A stretch of DNA of 64,000 nt from Antedon mediterranea (GCF_964355755.1 NC_092674.1:5952001-6016000), one strand, 5' to 3'. Positions 43,101-58,200 are shown, counted from the first letter of the stretch. The notes: generated by a model not told the origin, from the letters alone. Translations and numbers: made by a program.

Positions 43101-46100
43101 CTGTACAGTAATTCGTGGTAATACTGTATTGTGAATGGAATAGACGTTCATGCTAAAAACTATGGCGCGTAAAAAACACTAAAAACAGCATTGAATGGTG
43201 AAGTACTGTGAATGGAAATAGTAGAGAAGCAAAACATTAAGATTTACGACTGTGTTTCGTTGTTGCTTTTCTCCGAGGGACTGCTCTACTTACCTGGCGT
43301 GCCATATTGACCTACTGAAAAGTGTTGATTCCGTAGAAACAACTTTTTAAGCTTTGTTGAACTCTTGATATAATACTTAAGATACTACGAAACAATTCAA
43401 ATTCGATACGAATGTGATATTCCGGAATGTCATTCGTAACTACTAAACTATTTTACAGAAATTCAACTCAAAACAAATTATCACTCAAATTTTCACGATT
43501 TCAAATGGGAGGAAAAGGTAGAAATGATTTCATACCATCACAAAATATAAACAGGACAGTATATTGTATGTACTTCAATCAATATCCAGCATAGTAATAA
43601 ATATATGATATCTACAAATAACAAACACATTCTCAGGTTTAGTCATTAACAAAACGAATGCTCTTTGCACAAGCCCAAAAACCATACTATCGTGACCCCT
43701 GGATTAAATTAAGCAATCTCCTTCAGTGCGATCCTAGTCAAGCTAAGACGCTAACCCAGGCAAGGAAGCCAGCCCTTCAACAGTCGGACCCAGCATATAT
43801 TTGGATGCTAGAGCAGACTGCCTCTTGGATGCGACTGGCATCAGTGGGAGGAACGAAACTGTATAATCGAAAGAAAACAAATAAATTTTAAAAAAAGACA
43901 TTAAATACAGACTTCGGGTTTTGCGTAGAGAACATTTAAAGTATTTATTTAAATTTGTGGAAAAAAAAGTTTTAAAAAGTAGTAGTATGCTGCGAACTGT
44001 AATAATAATGCTCTACTAAATATAAACTTGCTGGCTTTGATTTATTTTTTATTGTCATTAGATCGGAATGCTTGCATTGTCATCCACTTTCGCTAATGAT
44101 ATGCTTTGTTATGCTACTCAGCGGGTAGTGACTCATAATACGGGAAAACGCCTCATCGCTCATTAAAAAATGAATTGATATACCGGAAATATAGGCTATT
44201 TTTTTAAAGAAGGTTATGAATATTAATACTGTATTATTATAAGTACTTTACATATTTTTTGATCGGAATATGTATGTCATGATAATACAAGGCCGTACAA
44301 AATTAGCCCTTAACGTCTAGATCGTATAACACAAGGCGATGGCCTACTGTCTGACTAGTATAACATGGTATCGCATAGATGATATTTACATATCTGTTTC
44401 GTGCAAATGCTTTATTCTTACGAATTCGGATGGGATAACAATTCGCTTGTCCTGTAGGCCTACATACAGTACAATACGTACATGACCTTTTTAAGTAATA
44501 GGCATTTTGAGGAAAGGCGTATGATAGGCCTACTTCCCATTGTGCTGTTTTCTGAGTAGGCCTACAATAGGCAAAAGGTGTCGGATATGTTATAAGCATC
44601 TACTTGTTGATGTATACTGCTACATAAGCTAATAGTAATATAATGTACACTATTTACACATTATTATTGTACCTTATTAAGAGAGGTAATTGAACGTGAT
44701 ACAGAAATATTTACAGTAGGCCTTCTTAAAAATGTAAAAGCATACATTAGGCCCAGGCCTACTGTATAGGCCTATGTTAATTGTAAAATACCTAGGCTAC
44801 AGTTTATAATTTAATATATAATACTTACTACTTGCTAAGTAGTCACACTTCACCGGTAAGCAGTAAGTATTAAAACTAGAAGAAAAAAAACACTCAATAG
44901 ACAATTACAAGTAATAGTTAATACAATATAAAACCTAATCATAGGCCATATTACTTAGAATTGTATAATTATAACTCTGTTTATCACAGTATATGCACTG
45001 CATGCATTAGGCCTCCTAACCTACAGAACTCACCCATGTACATTTGAGAAAATCCAACAAACCTCACTTTAATTTAATTAATACTAAAATTCTAGTAAAG
45101 CCTCTCGACTCACACAATCAGGGAACATTTTCGCCAGTATAGCGTAGCAAAAAACTATACAAAACAACCTTATTGCTACACATTTTGAAAATTGTGTAGC
45201 AAAAAATACAATACAAAACTATGTTTCTTGACTTAAAAATCAGTTTGATTAGCAATATTGCTAAAAAAAATTTTTAAATGAAAATTTTCCCTGACAATTG
45301 GGATAAACTATCGATTTTATGGACATCTCTCGTCTCGGCTAAAGAATACTGGAATTACTAACTGGGCCTATTTAGACCCCTGTATAGCCTATAGTAGTAG
45401 TAGGCGCAGCCTAGCCTACCTACTACCTAGCGCTACCTAGTAGGGCCTAGGCCTAGCCTGCCTTAATTAGCGAATAGCGGCCTATTCTATACTGGACTTT
45501 ATCTAGCTAGTAGGCCTATCTAAAACACATGAATATCATCTATAAATTTACGTTTATCATTAATCGTTGACATAAAATAATCATGTAATAATTCCCAATT
45601 CGAGATAATTTAATCCTTTATTTGAACACATTCTTCACCACGTTGTCTGGTTTTAAAGCATGGCGCGCGTATCGTAGATGCATGGACTGTACGTCTAATT
45701 GAAATATTAAAAGCGTTCTGAAAACAAAATGACTATTGATGATGAGATCTTATATTTAATTGTTGTTTTTTTCTATTACAGCACTGCCACCCGGTCCAAT
45801 TAAAACTTGTTGTTTAAGATGTGCATTCCCAACATTGTTGACGTTTATTCTCCTGATTATTGGAGTAGTCATCAGTGGGACCTTCTTCATGTTGTCTGGT
45901 GCAGAAATTATCGGACTGGTCGAAGAAGGTGAAGGGGAACAAATCTTCGTTGATGTACCAGCTGATCTCTACGATTCCCTCATTTCATGGTAAGAGAGCT
46001 ACGTGTAGGCCTGCTGTATTTTGACCCAAACAATACTTTATAACGTACAATTAAAATACAGTGTAGAGGTACAATACAATATATATTGTTTGAAGGTTTG

Positions 46101-49100
46101 CATGGCGAAATCAAATGTTGATATAAGTTTGCGATGTTAGTTCTGAAAAGAACTGCTGAGTTTGTTGTCAACAGTTCGTTTCAGAACTAACATACGTGGT
46201 GTACCGCGCAAACTTATATCAACATACAATAAAATAAGCATTATGAATAATTCTAACATTCAAAATAAATAGACCAGATGAAAATTAAAGGTTTAAGACT
46301 TAACTGCATCTGCTTATGTAATCATTGTTTTTGTAGGCTAAAGCAAGAGCAGAATACTTAAATAGACACTAACTATACAGTATATGTATTAGTTAAGCCA
46401 TGTGAACATCTAAATTAAAGTTTCAGACCTCGCGTGGGTCTGTAAATTAAAAAAAGACGTGTAAAACTTCCTCTTCTAGTTTCATCTGACAGTTATGTTA
46501 GACTTGACCATTGTCACCAGTGGATCATCATCATCGTTTTGATATTCCGAAAACTAGATTTTAGTGCAACTCTACACGTTATGACACGACACGCGTGTCA
46601 AAATGTTTATATTTTTACCATTAATTGTTTGTTTTTATTTTAGGTACCGCATTCTGAAATGGGTTGTGGGATGTGAAGTATCCGTGATGGTAGTTATTTC
46701 TATTGTAATGTTAGCGCTCGGTTACTTGGCAACTGGCTCTGTCAGAAAAGAGTTCATGTGCAGATTCAAGTCGAAAACATCAGGACGATGTCAGATAGCT
46801 GTGGTGAGTAGGCCTACATAATGGTTCGTATGACTTGATGAAGCGATGGGTTGGGTAGGCCTAGAAAAGAACAGCGTCGATTCGACGCCTCCTTCAAACA
46901 CGTGGGTGGGGTCGTCCCCCGTGTCACCCTCCGGAGTTGTTCAGGTGTTGGAAGTGGATAATCAACGAAGTAAACAATTTGGGAAAAGAATGATTTTAAC
47001 TGATTTCTGGTGAAGTGAAGCTGAAGGATGATGGGTAAATTGCATGCCATCTCAATTAATCTGATTGATTGACAGATTAGAAATATAAAACCTATAAAAG
47101 CATATTCTAATTCTTTCCATGTGTTTACAATGAAACGTTCGTTCATACTAATTAACTAATTGTCTTTATTATATTTGTGTGTCCAAGTTCGCAGCAGCTT
47201 CAGGCATCATACCTCCTGGATATGCAATGTACAGTATTAACCATGGTAGTTTTTGAATAAACACTAAACACTCTACGGAGATTCGTGTTTTGTTCCAAAT
47301 TTAATATGAGGTCTATCAAACGCTACCATTGCCTATGCATATACTTGTTCTTTCTCTTTCCATCACATTAAACAACCCCGTTTGATTTTGGACAAACATA
47401 ACATTGTGTGAACTGTTCCACTATGGAGACGTTTCTTTTCTCCATGGTGTCATATCACCATATTTGGGTATATCACTTCCATATTTGGGCACATCACACA
47501 TTTTTTTGTCAAGCTAGTTTGATAATGACAGAGTTTTACTATTCAATTATAGTATATTTCCACGTTTGATAATGCTTTGTTTAATATTATTTGATTGTTT
47601 TGTTTATATTTCTTTTTAGTTCATGGTAATCCTATACATTTTGTGGTTAATTTGGTTGGTCCAGTCTGTCTTGGTTGCCTTTCCCGTATCTTTCTTCTAC
47701 GTATTTGAAAGAATGTGCGACAGAGACTTAAGCACAGTTCCAATTTCCAAGTGTCTTGTTGATCTTAATTTGGTTGGTAAGTATAACCAAACTATTCTCA
47801 TAAAAAATGCTGACACAGCAGAGACAAAGGATACAAGGCCTAACATGCGCATGCAACAGCTGTCTGTAGCACCGTTTGAACTTATCAATGTAGGCCTATA
47901 AGACATTAAAATAATTTTTTTTACACAGGTTTAACAGATGATACTGCCTGCCTTAATAGAGAAGATGTTAGAGATATTTGTGAATCGGTAAGCATATTGA
48001 TATTTTAAAAACATTAAACGAACAACGAACACACGTTAAACAAACATACACCATCGAATATGACACGCCAGAATCTAACCGAATTCTTAAAGTATCGGGA
48101 TTAGAATACAGCAACACATACGGGTACATTTTTTGATGACTCAGGGCTACTCATCATCACCGTCGTCCTCAGCGTTTTAATTCAGAGTCCACCCATAAAA
48201 GTAATTTTAAATAATTTTGTATACATTGTTCCCGTATTATAATTATATATACCTTTTGTTTAATTTCCCAGAATTCATTGATCTACACAGGAGTTTCCTT
48301 GGCTGCTTGTCTTCTTGTTCTCTTTGCATTGGTAAGTCTTAAGTAGGCCTACAGTAGTCTTACTTAATTTAAGATCTTGTCATAAGCGCCATGCTGACCG
48401 ACGCGCTAAAACAAGAATCCGAGAGCAAAGTGTTGATATGATTTGGGTCCAGTACCAATTTACTAATAACAATTTACCAATACAAATATAATAATCTGTA
48501 GTAGTTAATACAACAATGTTAGCCAGTATTGAATGTAATGTTTTAGTGCAGTAGCTAATGCCGTAATGTTTTGGGCACAGAGAGGAGTATCAATTACCTT
48601 ATTATTAGCTAATGCCATATACCTCTCGAAGACAACCCATTTTTATTTATCTTTCTTTATCTTTAGACCCAGTTGTTGATCAACAATTCTGCGAATTATT
48701 CGCATTTACGAAGTCGGTATAAGAAAATTTACAATGGCCGTAACTCTGGGACGTACACACTCACCAGAACTGGTTCAATCCGGAACAGTCGTCGGAATCT
48801 TTCTGGTAGCAGAAGTACAGTTGCCGCCACCGGTATGGTTGCCAATCCAAATTTTGCGCCCGAAAAATTGCCGTACTCGATTATGGGTAGCGAACGAAAT
48901 TCATTCCGTTCCGCCGTCGTGAATGACGGATACGTTCACGATACTAGACACCGTAATGGCGGGCTTCATGGTGGGGGTAGCGGGAGCGCTTCGGTGGTTG
49001 GTTACGGAGGACACGCCAATCACCACCATGATACAAATACGCTTGGTCATGACTCGATTGCTTTGTCGTCTTTACGAGCACCAAGTACAATCCATGATAT

Positions 49101-49260
49101 GAACACTCTTGGACATGACTCAATAGCAATGTCGTCACTAAGGGCGCCAAGTACGCATAGTGGTAGTACGGGAGTTGATTATGGCGGCAATGTTGTCAAC
49201 CTGGCCAACATGCATGCATCGTCTGACCGTTTAATGTACAGAACAGAGTATGCTGTTTAG
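40104..49260 (+). CDS. M6/PLP (DM20) family four-TM proteolipid, paralog 1, 7 coding exons, ~434 aa
   Basis: Exons 40104-40170, 45782-45989, 46644-46803, 47620-47776, 47929-47987, 48272-48331, 48667-49260 are all GT-AG and phase-compatible. Family motifs: KTCCLRCAFPTL, GYLATGSVR..F.SKTSGRC, CLVDLNLVG, SANYSHLR. Exon 1 is the least certain. Confidence 0.82.
42820..43159. repeat. 107-bp tandem repeat, ~3 copies (intron 1 of M6 paralog 1)
   Basis: CATTGAAACAATAAC recurs at 42841, 42948 and 43055. Confidence 0.9.
45119..45293. mobile_element. Small TIR element with apparent 5-bp TSD (ACAAT)
   Basis: ACAAT|CAGGGAACATTTTC ... GAAAATTTTCCCTG|ACAAT. Confidence 0.5.
46115..46225. repeat. Foldback inverted repeat (MITE-like)
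   Basis: Outer arms ATGTTGATATAAGTTTGCG / CGCAAACTTATATCAACAT; inner arms ATGTTAGTTCTGAAA / TTTCAGAACTAACAT. Confidence 0.7.
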
Positions 49261-52200
49261 TTACCAAAAACGTCATTTTATATAATTTTCTATAACTGTA
49301 CATTTCAAACTCACTTTGTAGGTTGTAAATACCCTATTTCAATGTTTTTTTCATAAGAATCTTAACAAATTCCAGCACTTTAACATTCGAATATTGCGCA
49401 CAGTAACTATTTTGATTAAATTTCAAATTTATCAATTAAGAACCTTACTTAACTAATTTTATTCCCGTTAACGTGTTAAATAACCATTTGTTAAATCTAT
49501 AAGTTATACATTGTTTGTTTTATTGAATGTATCAATTTGTGGCTGAAATGTATAAACCTATTTAGTATTAGTCCTGGTTAGTACATGACTAGGTTAGTAC
49601 ATGACTAGGCTAGGTCCTCACTTTGTTGTATTTTTTATTCGGTTAATGTGCGAACATTGTTATGCGTACATAATATTATTGGATTTTATATTAATTGATT
49701 GTGCCAAATGCTGATAATTTCTTTACAAAATCTATAAATGTAAAAGCCTCGTGAGTGGAATATAGAAGAGCAGCAAGGGCCTGGAGGTAATAGTTTTTTA
49801 TTTAAAGCATAAGAGAAGGAAGGTTTAGAGGCAACCATTAACGCAATGTTAGAAAGCCCCCAGTTCAGACCGAGCCAAAAATTTGAGATAAAAACCAAAC
49901 AGCCGCGTTAAAGTCTTAATTAAATTTGTATGTATATATATATATATACTATAAAATACCTTGAAAATAATAATATAGAAAAAGTAGACACCTTGAAAAT
50001 AATACTATACGCTCAAAATAAATTAAGACTGGTATAAGAACAAATACTTCTATGCATATTATGTTATCATATCGTATTTAAGTTTGATTTAAATTAAAAG
50101 ATCAGATTCAGTTTTTAGGCGGATATTATTATGACGTGAATAATTTTAATTTTAAAATTGACAATAATGATTTAAAATTAAAACCTATGAAATGTTAATG
50201 AAAGCCTATTCAAATAACTTTTTAATTAATATAAAAAAGTTTATATCTTTAATGTAAATTTATAAATTGTATTTTAATTTGGAATTGAAATGAAAAATGC
50301 AAAATAAGGCAGCTTTTTTTTGTATAGGAAGATACAGGAGCGTAGACTCGCTTGGGCAGCATGACTTGCTGGGCATGGGCGGTTTTACCCCCATGATCTT
50401 GAAGAAATGTACTTGTACTTCTGTCGACACTCTATGTGCGGAAACTGTGCCGCTTCTTATGCGGAGAGCTAGCTGGAGAGCTAGCTTGAGAGCGGAGTTA
50501 GCATACGCTCTTATAATCTGTAAATATTAAGAATATAATATTTTACGTTGTTGACTTGTTTTTATTAACAGTTTAACGAATTGAAGGTTAGGTATGTCTA
50601 ATAGATTATATTTGTAGTTAGTCTTAATAATAATAATTCCGACAGCTTTATGATATTATTGCATCACTAGGGTTTTTTTTAATGTGATTTAACTAAATTA
50701 GATAAACGGTGTTTTTTAAAGTTTTTAATGTACTAGAAGCAACGCAAGTGAATTGACCAATCACACGCGACAGTTCGATGATCCATCGCGTCGTGAATGG
50801 TCAACTTATGTGCTTACGTCCAAGTTGGAACCAAGGTTAAGAAACTATAAAAGTGTATTTTATACATACATTAAAGGTAACAACCATTTCCCCTGTTTCT
50901 AAGTTGCCTATTTTTCTCTGCTTACGTACGAACATTAGACTACTTCGAGTATGTGACTTATCTTACAAACAATTAACATGAAAACTATTTTTGTTTCGGA
51001 AATTATCATAGTTAAACGTAAGTGATAAACACTTTAGGAACATTGTTTTTATTGACGCGCCCATTTGTCATTAACCTGCAACTCATAGGGTATCATAGTA
51101 CTGCTGATTATAGCGAACAATCTAATTCATTTAATAGTAAAGATGAACCATAACTAATAAATTAAGTTTTTGGTGACCTCACGCCTTCATTTTAAAGTAC
51201 CATTCATACGGTTGTATAAACAAAATTTTTCTTTGCAATGTTGTGTTGAATGTGTATATTTTTCTCGGAAAATAATTTGTTTTGTAAATACCGTTTCTCA
51301 CACTTGACTTATCCCTATATCATACAATAGAGTTGAATAAAAAAATACTTTTTATAAAGTTGTTTTTAGTGGTTTTATTGATTTATATAAATAATCGATA
51401 ATTATTATTGCTGTTTATGTCGTCAGAAGTAGTGGAAACTATAAGTTATGGTTTATACAACAGTGGATTATTCAAATATTCTTGTCATACGGTACCGCTG
51501 CCTACCATTTTAAAGCTTACGTGGCCATTTACGCAACGACGAAGTGAGTTGACCAAGCACAAGCGACAGTCCGGATGATCCACGAGTCGTGATTGGTCAA
51601 ATTACATGATTCGGTTCGCCAACGTTGCATCCATGTGGGAATCTAGACTTGTCCTAAATAAGTCTGTAGTTATTGTCGTTGTAGAATTTTTTTTCAAATG
51701 TTAGTCGACGTTTCGATTCTATGAGTTCAAGTATTATACGTATGAAACGCCATGTATGCCAAAATATTTATTTTTACTAATACGGTTTAGAACCGAAACT
51801 ATAGGCCTAGTGTGAATCAAGCTTTATGGTCTACCGTTCATAGTACGTGCCATATGAGGGCGTACACCAACGACAAATGATGACTTATCGGATCATTCGT
51901 GAGTGCAGGTGCGAAGTCCATACAAACCATCGATTGTTGCAGATATAAAACCCGTACATTTCAGTAAACTCGACAATTTCAATAGCGATTCTGTAAATAG
52001 AATTATTAATCTGACGAATATAATTTCCATCCATTGTTCACCAACCTTGTCACAGTCAATAAAAATGCGTAGTTACTGAAAGACGTTGGATACATATTTG
52101 GATTTTGCAGACAATATTTTGACAGAAGTATACTGAGATTTATATTTGACTTTGGAGCGATATAAACAGATACTGATTTAAATTTGAAAATTGTCCGTTG

Positions 52201-52273
52201 AGGAGAAGATTACTTTGTGGTGATTGTCTTATTTAGTTGGATATATAGGGCTACAGTAGTAAAATAGAAAATA

Positions 52274-55200
52274 ATGGTTTCTGGCGGTTCAGTATCAACT
52301 TTCGACAGCTCTTTTATCGGAGGACTCTATGGAGATAAAGAGGACGACGAAGGTAGGTGTAGATGGATATGTTTAATTTGAGTCTCTATCCGTTGTACGT
52401 GGTATAATATCTATGTAAGAGCCTACACCATTATATATAACGTCACTGCTACTATGTTACTATGGGCCCGTTTAAGATTATTTCACTCGAGTAAGTTGTC
52501 CTACAAAGGACACTGAGCTCGCCTTTCCAAGATATGATGAACTGGTAACAGTCCTTTGATTTTATGTACGGCTGCGACAGATACCAACAGTACTGTAAGT
52601 ACATTTTCTTCGGCGCGCGGTGTCTATTATGGGGCGTGGAACTGATCGTGTCGCAACCACAGATAACTCTTTGATCTCTGAAGCTCATCATCCTGTTAGA
52701 TTGTATTGGTCCTATCCACCAGAGTTAGCAATAACTGTACCACACTTATAACTATACGGTAAACACAGCCTGAACGGACCCAATGATCAATTCATTCATG
52801 TATCCACTCACTCATTCATCCCAGCCTAGCCACACTCCCCCACTCACTCTTCCACATTCAGGTACGGCCTGTTATCATTTCACTAACAAATTCATTTCTT
52901 TTTCTCATTTGATTCAACAGTTCGTCGATTTGTATTCATTATCCAATCACTCTTCATCAGGAATATCGTTTTTCGGAATATTTCAAACAAAAATAAAACA
53001 ACGTATACATTGTATTTGATTGGGGAACAACATACGTGCGTGAACCAGAATTTCTAGGATAGAAATCGACACGTTATATCATCTGTTCCATTATATGCGG
53101 CATACATAATCACTGATAACATGACTATACTCTTCGGCAAACCTATATTTAATTTTGTTCGTAGTATGAACGTATGTTTTGCAGTCTAACATTGAAATTC
53201 AAACCTGAAATCGTGTGAACCATAATTTAGTGTAGAAATCGACGTATCACCTGTTCCAATATGCAGCATACTTAATGGTAACATCTATCTAAACTATACC
53301 CTACGGCAAACCTATATTTAATTTGGCTCGTGGTGTAAGCGTATGTTTTGCAGTCTAACATTGAAATTCGTATTATTTTCTTAAACAAATTCATTGATTA
53401 CCGTTAATATCAATTACATCAAACATACGGGTACATTGACTACTGGATATGATAGGGCATAATGATGCCTATTACAAAACATATTATTACGTGACAGTTG
53501 GCGAAATAATACTTAGTATGAACATATTTCATACAAAAATAATAATTTTCCCTCAAAAAGAATAGGCCTAAATGAAAGAATGATACCAACTTAGCCCAAG
53601 CATTCCATAAAAGAGGAAATTATTTATATTTTGCAAGCGAATATCATCAATTTAGTTTTCTTTTCCTAAATTTGGCAAGAATGTTAAATCGGATACTAAG
53701 ATGATTTTAATTGAAAACAATGAATTGTCATAAAAAAACACACGGAATACACAGGAGTAGCAAAATGTGTTAATGGACGATGCAAGAAATAAATAGTAGG
53801 CTACGATACATTGTATTAGTAATGTTGACATTATGACGTCATGACGGATTTATGTTAATTTTTTAATCAGATAAATTGATCTACAACAACAATCCACATT
53901 AATATTTGACCGTTGGACCCATAGTGAATTTCAAAGTCAACAACTGTAGCGTTTGTGAATACTATTAAATTAATGATTTATGATGAGATGCGATACTAAT
54001 AATTATTTTTAGTACGCTCTGCGTTGAGTTAAAAAAATAATTAACAGCATAGACATATGCCTTATACTTTACACAATACAGAATAAAAACAACTTTTGGT
54101 CTCGCATGATATACAGTGTAAGAAATAAATCCGCTGTGGCAGTTAATAATCACACTTAAAAATCATAAAAATATGTATATATAATATCAACAAAATTTAT
54201 CTTTACAATTTGAAAATATGCAAAAAAATGATGAGAAAAACAAAATCAATAGCGCCTGGCTGTTGCACATGTGAATAACATGCATAAGGATAAACCTAAT
54301 ATCACAAGTCTACAATTACAATATGCGTGCCATATAAGGTAAATCAAAACAACTATAGAGAATCGCTATGGCGGGACACAACAAAATATTTTTCTCTGAA
54401 TCTAAATAAGGGTTTGCCGTATTAAAACATAGTATTTCCCCTCGTTCGATTCAGGAAAGTGTCCTCTTAGGGGGTGTCCCAAAGGAGGGGTTCTCTGTTG
54501 TTTTATGGACAGGTTTATCAGACGACTTCCGTGCATCGAGAGAAACGTTTATAAAGCTCTGTCTACACTATCAAACTAGTTTGACAAAAAATATGTGTCA
54601 AAATGTGCCCAAATATTGATATACCCAAATTTGGTAGTGATATCACATCATCATGTCCATATTATGGACACACCACATTTTTTGTCACATAAAGTTTGAT
54701 AAGTGTAGACAGAGCTTAAGAACTTAGTATGGCAGGAACCTACAATTCAGTTCTTTAAATTGCTACTCTGATGTACCGCAATTATTCACGTCAGTTTTAA
54801 AGGCAATGCAACTTCCATTATACATTTGATTGTTTGAATGCGACGATATGATAATGATATCATCATTCTCACGGTCTACATGAAATAATATTGTATGCAA
54901 ACTTGCAGCAAGTCCCACGCGTTACAACAATCCCGACGCACGGGTAAATAAAAATGCCGGCCCCTTTTACACAATCAATACATTAATGCGATTGATTTTA
55001 ACACATTTGGCGGAAGATAAAATGGTATTAATAATTGTTAACGATCGTATAATGGGCATGATACCGGAACAAAGTATAGCCGAATTTACACCCCATGAAA
55101 AATAATAATAATACTGTAGTATAGCTGTTATTGGCGAATTTCTTTTGCTGTTGGTTGGGATTGGAAATAAACGAAATAAATAAATAAAAACAAATCAACA

Positions 55201-58200
55201 CATTTATCCAACGCAGCATCACCATTTCACAACTTTTATATCTTCCTTCTCGTCAGTTTCATCCTCAACATTTGTATGGGTCTCGTTCTTGTATTCATAT
55301 TCACTTCACACCCGCCCAGAATTCCCCAAGCTCACAATTCTCGCGGCCCAAAATTCCCCCGGCCCACAATTCCCCCGGCCCACAAATCCCCCAGCCCACA
55401 ATTCTCGCGATCCAAAATTCCCCCGGTCCACAACAATTCCTCCTATGTTGTCGTCATCATCATTGAATTTATGATTTATTTGTGGGTTCGCCCCACTTTT
55501 ATTTCCATATACATGCTCCTCATCTCTTTACGTATATTTTCTCTAAACGCATTTTCATTTAATATATATATCTATCTGTAGATAAAAGTTGTTAAAGTTG
55601 TATTCATTCGTTCACATTTTCCATTGTTTTTTTTTTATTTGTTTGCATCATATATTTCACTGATACGTTTTTCTCTATGTCTTTATATAGATGCTAACTG
55701 TTGTTCTCGATGTTGTCAGCGTTACCCATGGCCTTCAATCACATCCGGGCTCTTCATCATAGGTGGAATCATTGTATGGTGCGCCTCTGTTACAATAGCT
55801 AGCCGTGAAGTCCTAGATTTATTTCGCAGCACAGTTGCATATGATGAGTTAGATCAAATGTAAGTTTTCCGACATGAATTTGGAAAGTCGCGCATACTGT
55901 GGTAGAAAAGAGGCACTCTTTTATCATCATCCAACGAAATTTTCATTAATAAAACCATTAATTTAAAAATAACGAAACACCAACAACATATTCCGTTCGA
56001 ACAAATTTTTAATTCGATAACAAGGTTACTATTCGTAGGCCTATACCATTGCTTATGCCATTTTGACAGGATAAATGATAGGTCAATCAAAATAGCATTC
56101 ATTCCCGTAACCGATCATTAAGTACGGCAATTATTTACTTTATCTATAAACCATAAACTAACTTGCGTTTGAGAACATTCAGAAATGTTTGGAATGAGCA
56201 GTAATGGAACCGAAGTATTCCCAGTATTTGAATTGGGTTGCAAACGAGACAGATATCGTTACATTGACTTTCCGTAAATTACGTGTTTTGGTGAGACGAT
56301 TAGTGAATTAAATTAATAAAAGGAAATAGGCCTACTGACCAAGAGATAACTGTGTTTTACAATGTTGAGTCGGGTGGGTATAGAATCACAAGAAAAAAAT
56401 GTGAATTAACGCCTGCGTGAAATCAAACCTGCGATGCGAAGCGATGTTTGTAGCACTATTGCGTCGTCTGTTCCCACTTGTGATTACGCAATACAGCACT
56501 TTGCGTCGATACGTCACTGCGTTTCATTCTAGTGGGAACCACGCTTAAGCGAGTCGACCAATCACAAGCGATGGATTATTCGAACAGTTGCTTGTCATTG
56601 GTCAACTCACTTGCGTTGCGTCTACTTCCTCGCGTTGCGTCCTAATAGGAACCAAGCTTTATAATGAGTCGGCCTATCATAATATTATGCTTAGTGAATA
56701 TTATTGATGATTGCGTTTGAATTATTTCAGGATGTCCATAGCTCAGTACGCTACTTACGGATCCACAGCTTTCATGCTTATCTTAGGACTGGTGTTGATA
56801 TCAATGGGTTGCTTGGCAACGGGAGCAGTACGCAGGTATCACATGTGCCGATTCAGAAACAGAACGAGTGCAATCTTCCAGACAAAAATGGTAAGTAAAG
56901 CTCTGTCTACACTACCAAACTAATGTGATGCCCAGATATGGTAATGATATGTGATGCTTATATGGTAGTGATATGACATCATTATGTCCATATATGAGCA
57001 CACCACATTTGTTTTGTCACATAAAATTTGATAGTGTGGACGGAGCTTAAGAAGAAACGTAATTCTATAATCCCTGGTATAAAAAGAGGAGGAATGACTG
57101 ACAAAGTAAGAAGTGTGTGAAATTATTAAGGAAGCTTTGCCCTCTTTGATTTTACTTCGACTTTCGACTATCAAACTTTATGTGACAAAAAAAGATGTGC
57201 ACATAATGGACATGATGATGTCATATCACTACCATATCTGGGCACATTACACCTTTTTGTCACATAAAGTTTAATAGAGCTTATAAATTACAGTCCAATT
57301 CTATCCATGGGGAGAGGGGAGCTAATAATATAAGTATTCTACAGGCGCAATACAATGTTGTTGTTACAGAGTTCGCATCCCACATTGACGTAAACATTTT
57401 TGAAAACTAATGCTTGGTTCCCACTTGGGACGCAACACAAGGACGTAAGGGAAACGTAAGTGAGTTGACCAATCACAAGCGATGAATTATTCTAACGGTC
57501 GCTTGTCATTGGTCAACACGTTTGCGTTGCGTTACGTCCTCGTGGAAATCAAGCGTAACGTTAATATAACATTTTTGTCTTCTCTTCAGTTCCTTATCAT
57601 CACGTATTTCGTATTTCTTGGGTGGCTGGGAGTCCTAGTGGTCAGCATGTTTCCTCTTGTGTTCTTCACTGTGCAGAAACAGGGCAACTGTCAGACGGAA
57701 TCCTTTACGCTTAACACATGTGTTGACCTCGAACAATGGGGTAAGTTACACAAGTCCGCAGACCAAATGAACAAAACGAAATGATTTTCTATGTACATTA
57801 CCGTTAACAAGTAGGCATATCCTTCATATTTTGCTGTTAACAATTCTTTTTGAATTGAACCAAATAACGTTACAAAGACATATGCAAAACATAAAGCTCT
57901 GTCTACACTATCAAACTTTATGCGATAAAAACATGTGATGTGCTCATATATGGACATGATGTTGTCAATCCACTACCATATTTGGGCACATCACACTTTT
58001 TTGTCAAACTAGTTTGTGTAGACAGAGCTTTAGACTGGGTTGTCTTGTCTTACAGCAGTTTCTGTGATGACATGACATGATGTCGTTTGACATCTGGTCG
58101 TATGTCTATGGGATCCCTAATAGCCAGCTTCCATGAAGGAGACTGTAATTGGCCACCATACCGATACAAATTGTTAAGCTCTGTCTACACTATCAAACTT

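Noticed and set aside
43287-43301. U1 snRNA 5' end (TACTTACCTGGCG)
   Set aside because: The match is only about 13 nt with no U1 stem-loops or Sm site. It is equally a chance minus-strand donor consensus, and I found no supporting exons.
49740-50530. GC-richer patches with short open frames between the two M6 genes
   Set aside because: No recognisable protein motif or consistent exon chain; possibly decayed transposon sequence. BLASTX would be needed.
55272-55581. Pro-rich ORFs
   Set aside because: They are translations of the 16-bp minisatellite.
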